DNA from: Thermococcus kodakarensis KOD1
GTDB taxonomy: Archaea; Methanobacteriota_B; Thermococci; Thermococcales; Thermococcaceae
Length of the DNA: 32,000 nucleotides
NCBI RefSeq assembly: GCF_000009965.1
Contig: NC_006624.1
Location: 1,800,001-1,832,000 of the forward strand
Reading direction: 5' to 3'
Shown: one piece after another, positions 31,063 to 32,000 of the stretch
Position numbering within the stretch: the first letter of the stretch is position 1
Layout: the number at the start of each line of letters is the position of its first letter
Position numbers and translations under genes: made by a program
Notes under the pieces: model-generated
Databases searched by the model: none
Told to the model about the DNA's origin: nothing
The model's input: only the letters and a program-made list of their open reading frames with translations

Positions 31063-32000
31063 ATGATGAGCATAGATGATATACTTGCCCTTGCCGAGAG
31101 GGGACAGTTTGATGAGGCCATCCAAAGGGTTCCAGAACTCTACGATCCAGTGGAACAGATTAGGGCACTCACTAAGATTGCGCTCATAATGGCGGAAAAG
31201 GGTCTTGGAGAATGGGTATGGGACGTTATTGAGGATGCGGAGTACATAGCAGAGAACTCAAAAGAGAGCTACGTTAAGAGCCTCGGCTATGCACTGATAG
31301 GTGCTGCCCTTTTCAAGCTTGGGGATCAAGACGGCGCAGAGGAGTATCTGGATATGGCCTTGGAAGAGGCGAGTGGTATAGAAGACCCGCTCGAAAAGGG
31401 GGAGGTCGTGGCGGAGATAGCCCGCAGTGTAGCAATGACTGGAGACCTCGATGGGGCAATGGAGCTTTTTGACGAGGCATTCGACTTAATAGCAAGGGCA
31501 GAGATTGACTACAGGACGAAGGTTGATGAACTGATAAAGATTGGGGAGATTATTGAAAAAACGGGGGACGACCTTCCTTCGAGAACAGCGAGGGAGTTTT
31601 ACAGGATAGCTTTTGACATATTCGACAAGCTCCGCGTGAATCAGAGGGCGGCGATAGTTGAGAAAAAACTCCTGCTTACAAAGACAGTCGAAAACGTTGG
31701 ACTGCCCGAGATACGAAAGGCCCTTCTGGAAGGCAGGTATCACTATGCTTTGGCCCTCATAAGGCGTAAGTTTAAGGGCGTGAAAGTGCTTATGGGCCAG
31801 CTTGAGGTTGCACTGTGGATGAAAATGGTGAACGACCCCGAATATATAGACTTGACAAACCAGACCTTGAGCGAGCTTCAGAACACAGAAGTTCTCCCCT
31901 CAAATGCCTATTCAATTGCACTCATTCTGACAGAACTGGAGTACTTGCGGGAGGCCCTTTACTTTGTCAGGCTCATAGATGATCAAGTAAAGAGGGATGA
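31063..32000 (+). CDS. alpha-helical repeat (TPR/HEAT-like) protein, truncated by the window end
   Basis: The frame is open from ATG 31063 to the window end (no stop, so absent from the ORF track). It has repeated A-x-x-A/L helical hairpins. TTATAAAT (31033-31040) lies 22 nt upstream, suggesting a leaderless mRNA. Confidence 0.65.
   Translation, partial: MMSIDDILALAERGQFDEAIQRVPELYDPVEQIRALTKIALIMAEKGLGEWVWDVIEDAEYIAENSKESYVKSLGYALIGAALFKLGDQDGAEEYLDMALEEASGIEDPLEKGEVVAEIARSVAMTGDLDGAMELFDEAFDLIARAEIDYRTKVDELIKIGEIIEKTGDDLPSRTAREFYRIAFDIFDKLRVNQRAAIVEKKLLLTKTVENVGLPEIRKALLEGRYHYALALIRRKFKGVKVLMGQLEVALWMKMVNDPEYIDLTNQTLSELQNTEVLPSNAYSIALILTELEYLREALYFVRLIDDQVKRD

Noticed and set aside
31063-31069. 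AUGAUGA at the start of the helical-repeat gene
   Set aside because: These are the tandem ATG start codons of a long ORF, and no D boxes sit at guide spacing.
31313-31743. 60-aa and 85-aa minus-strand ORFs from the track
   Set aside because: They lie antisense to a 938-nt frame that is open to the window end, has a TATA at leaderless distance and shows helical-repeat character. The plus-strand gene is missing from the track only because it has no stop codon in the window.

Overview
This is a gene-dense chromosomal segment from a hyperthermophilic euryarchaeon of the Thermococcales. The proteins look Thermococcus-like: the Hyp proteins and ferritin match what I remember of T. kodakarensis and Pyrococcus, but I could not search to confirm. 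Typical expression signals are present: GGAGGTG/GGTGA Shine-Dalgarno boxes, A/T-rich TATA boxes about 25-30 nt upstream of starts (some genes look leaderless), oligo-T terminators and many 1-4 nt start/stop overlaps. I call 43 protein-coding loci. They include ferritin, hypD-hypC, a divergent mobA-like gene, and an operon of hypA, an Mrp/MinD-type HypB substitute, an HTH+PIN pair and the hycI protease. Further along are a CDF metal exporter, two NifX-type small proteins, a 2x[4Fe-4S] protein, an 860-aa orphan lipoprotein, TauE- and TehA-like anion transporters and OsmC. Then come an Fe-siderophore/B12-type ABC importer followed by an Mrp/NBP35 Fe-S carrier, TFE, an ABC-2 exporter, a PfkB kinase, acylphosphatase, cutA-DUF99, a tandem USP, gcvT, an EamA transporter, signal peptidase, a SPOUT-like protein and a partial helical-repeat protein. 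There are no rRNA or tRNA genes, CRISPR arrays or mobile elements. The main findings are listed here. (1) Four full-length SurR-type boxes (GTTn3AACn5GTT) each sit 46-60 nt upstream of a minus-strand start: hypC, hypA, the ferredoxin-like gene and the TehA-like transporter. (2) There are two box C/D sRNA candidates; the one at 29921-29977 (minus strand) is near-canonical, and both of its guides match 16S rRNA as I remember it. (3) Two genes are broken by a single extra base in a homopolymer run. (4) A toxin-antitoxin-like HTH/PIN pair is embedded in the hydrogenase-maturation operon. (5) The iron ABC importer has a roughly 150-nt leader carrying a perfect 7-1-7 palindrome and a possible 48-codon coupled small ORF. 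(6) A GC-rich hairpin with a GNRA cap lies in an intergenic region. (7) Several promoter-proximal perfect palindromes are present. Everything rests on reading the sequence and recalled family knowledge; no database search was possible.
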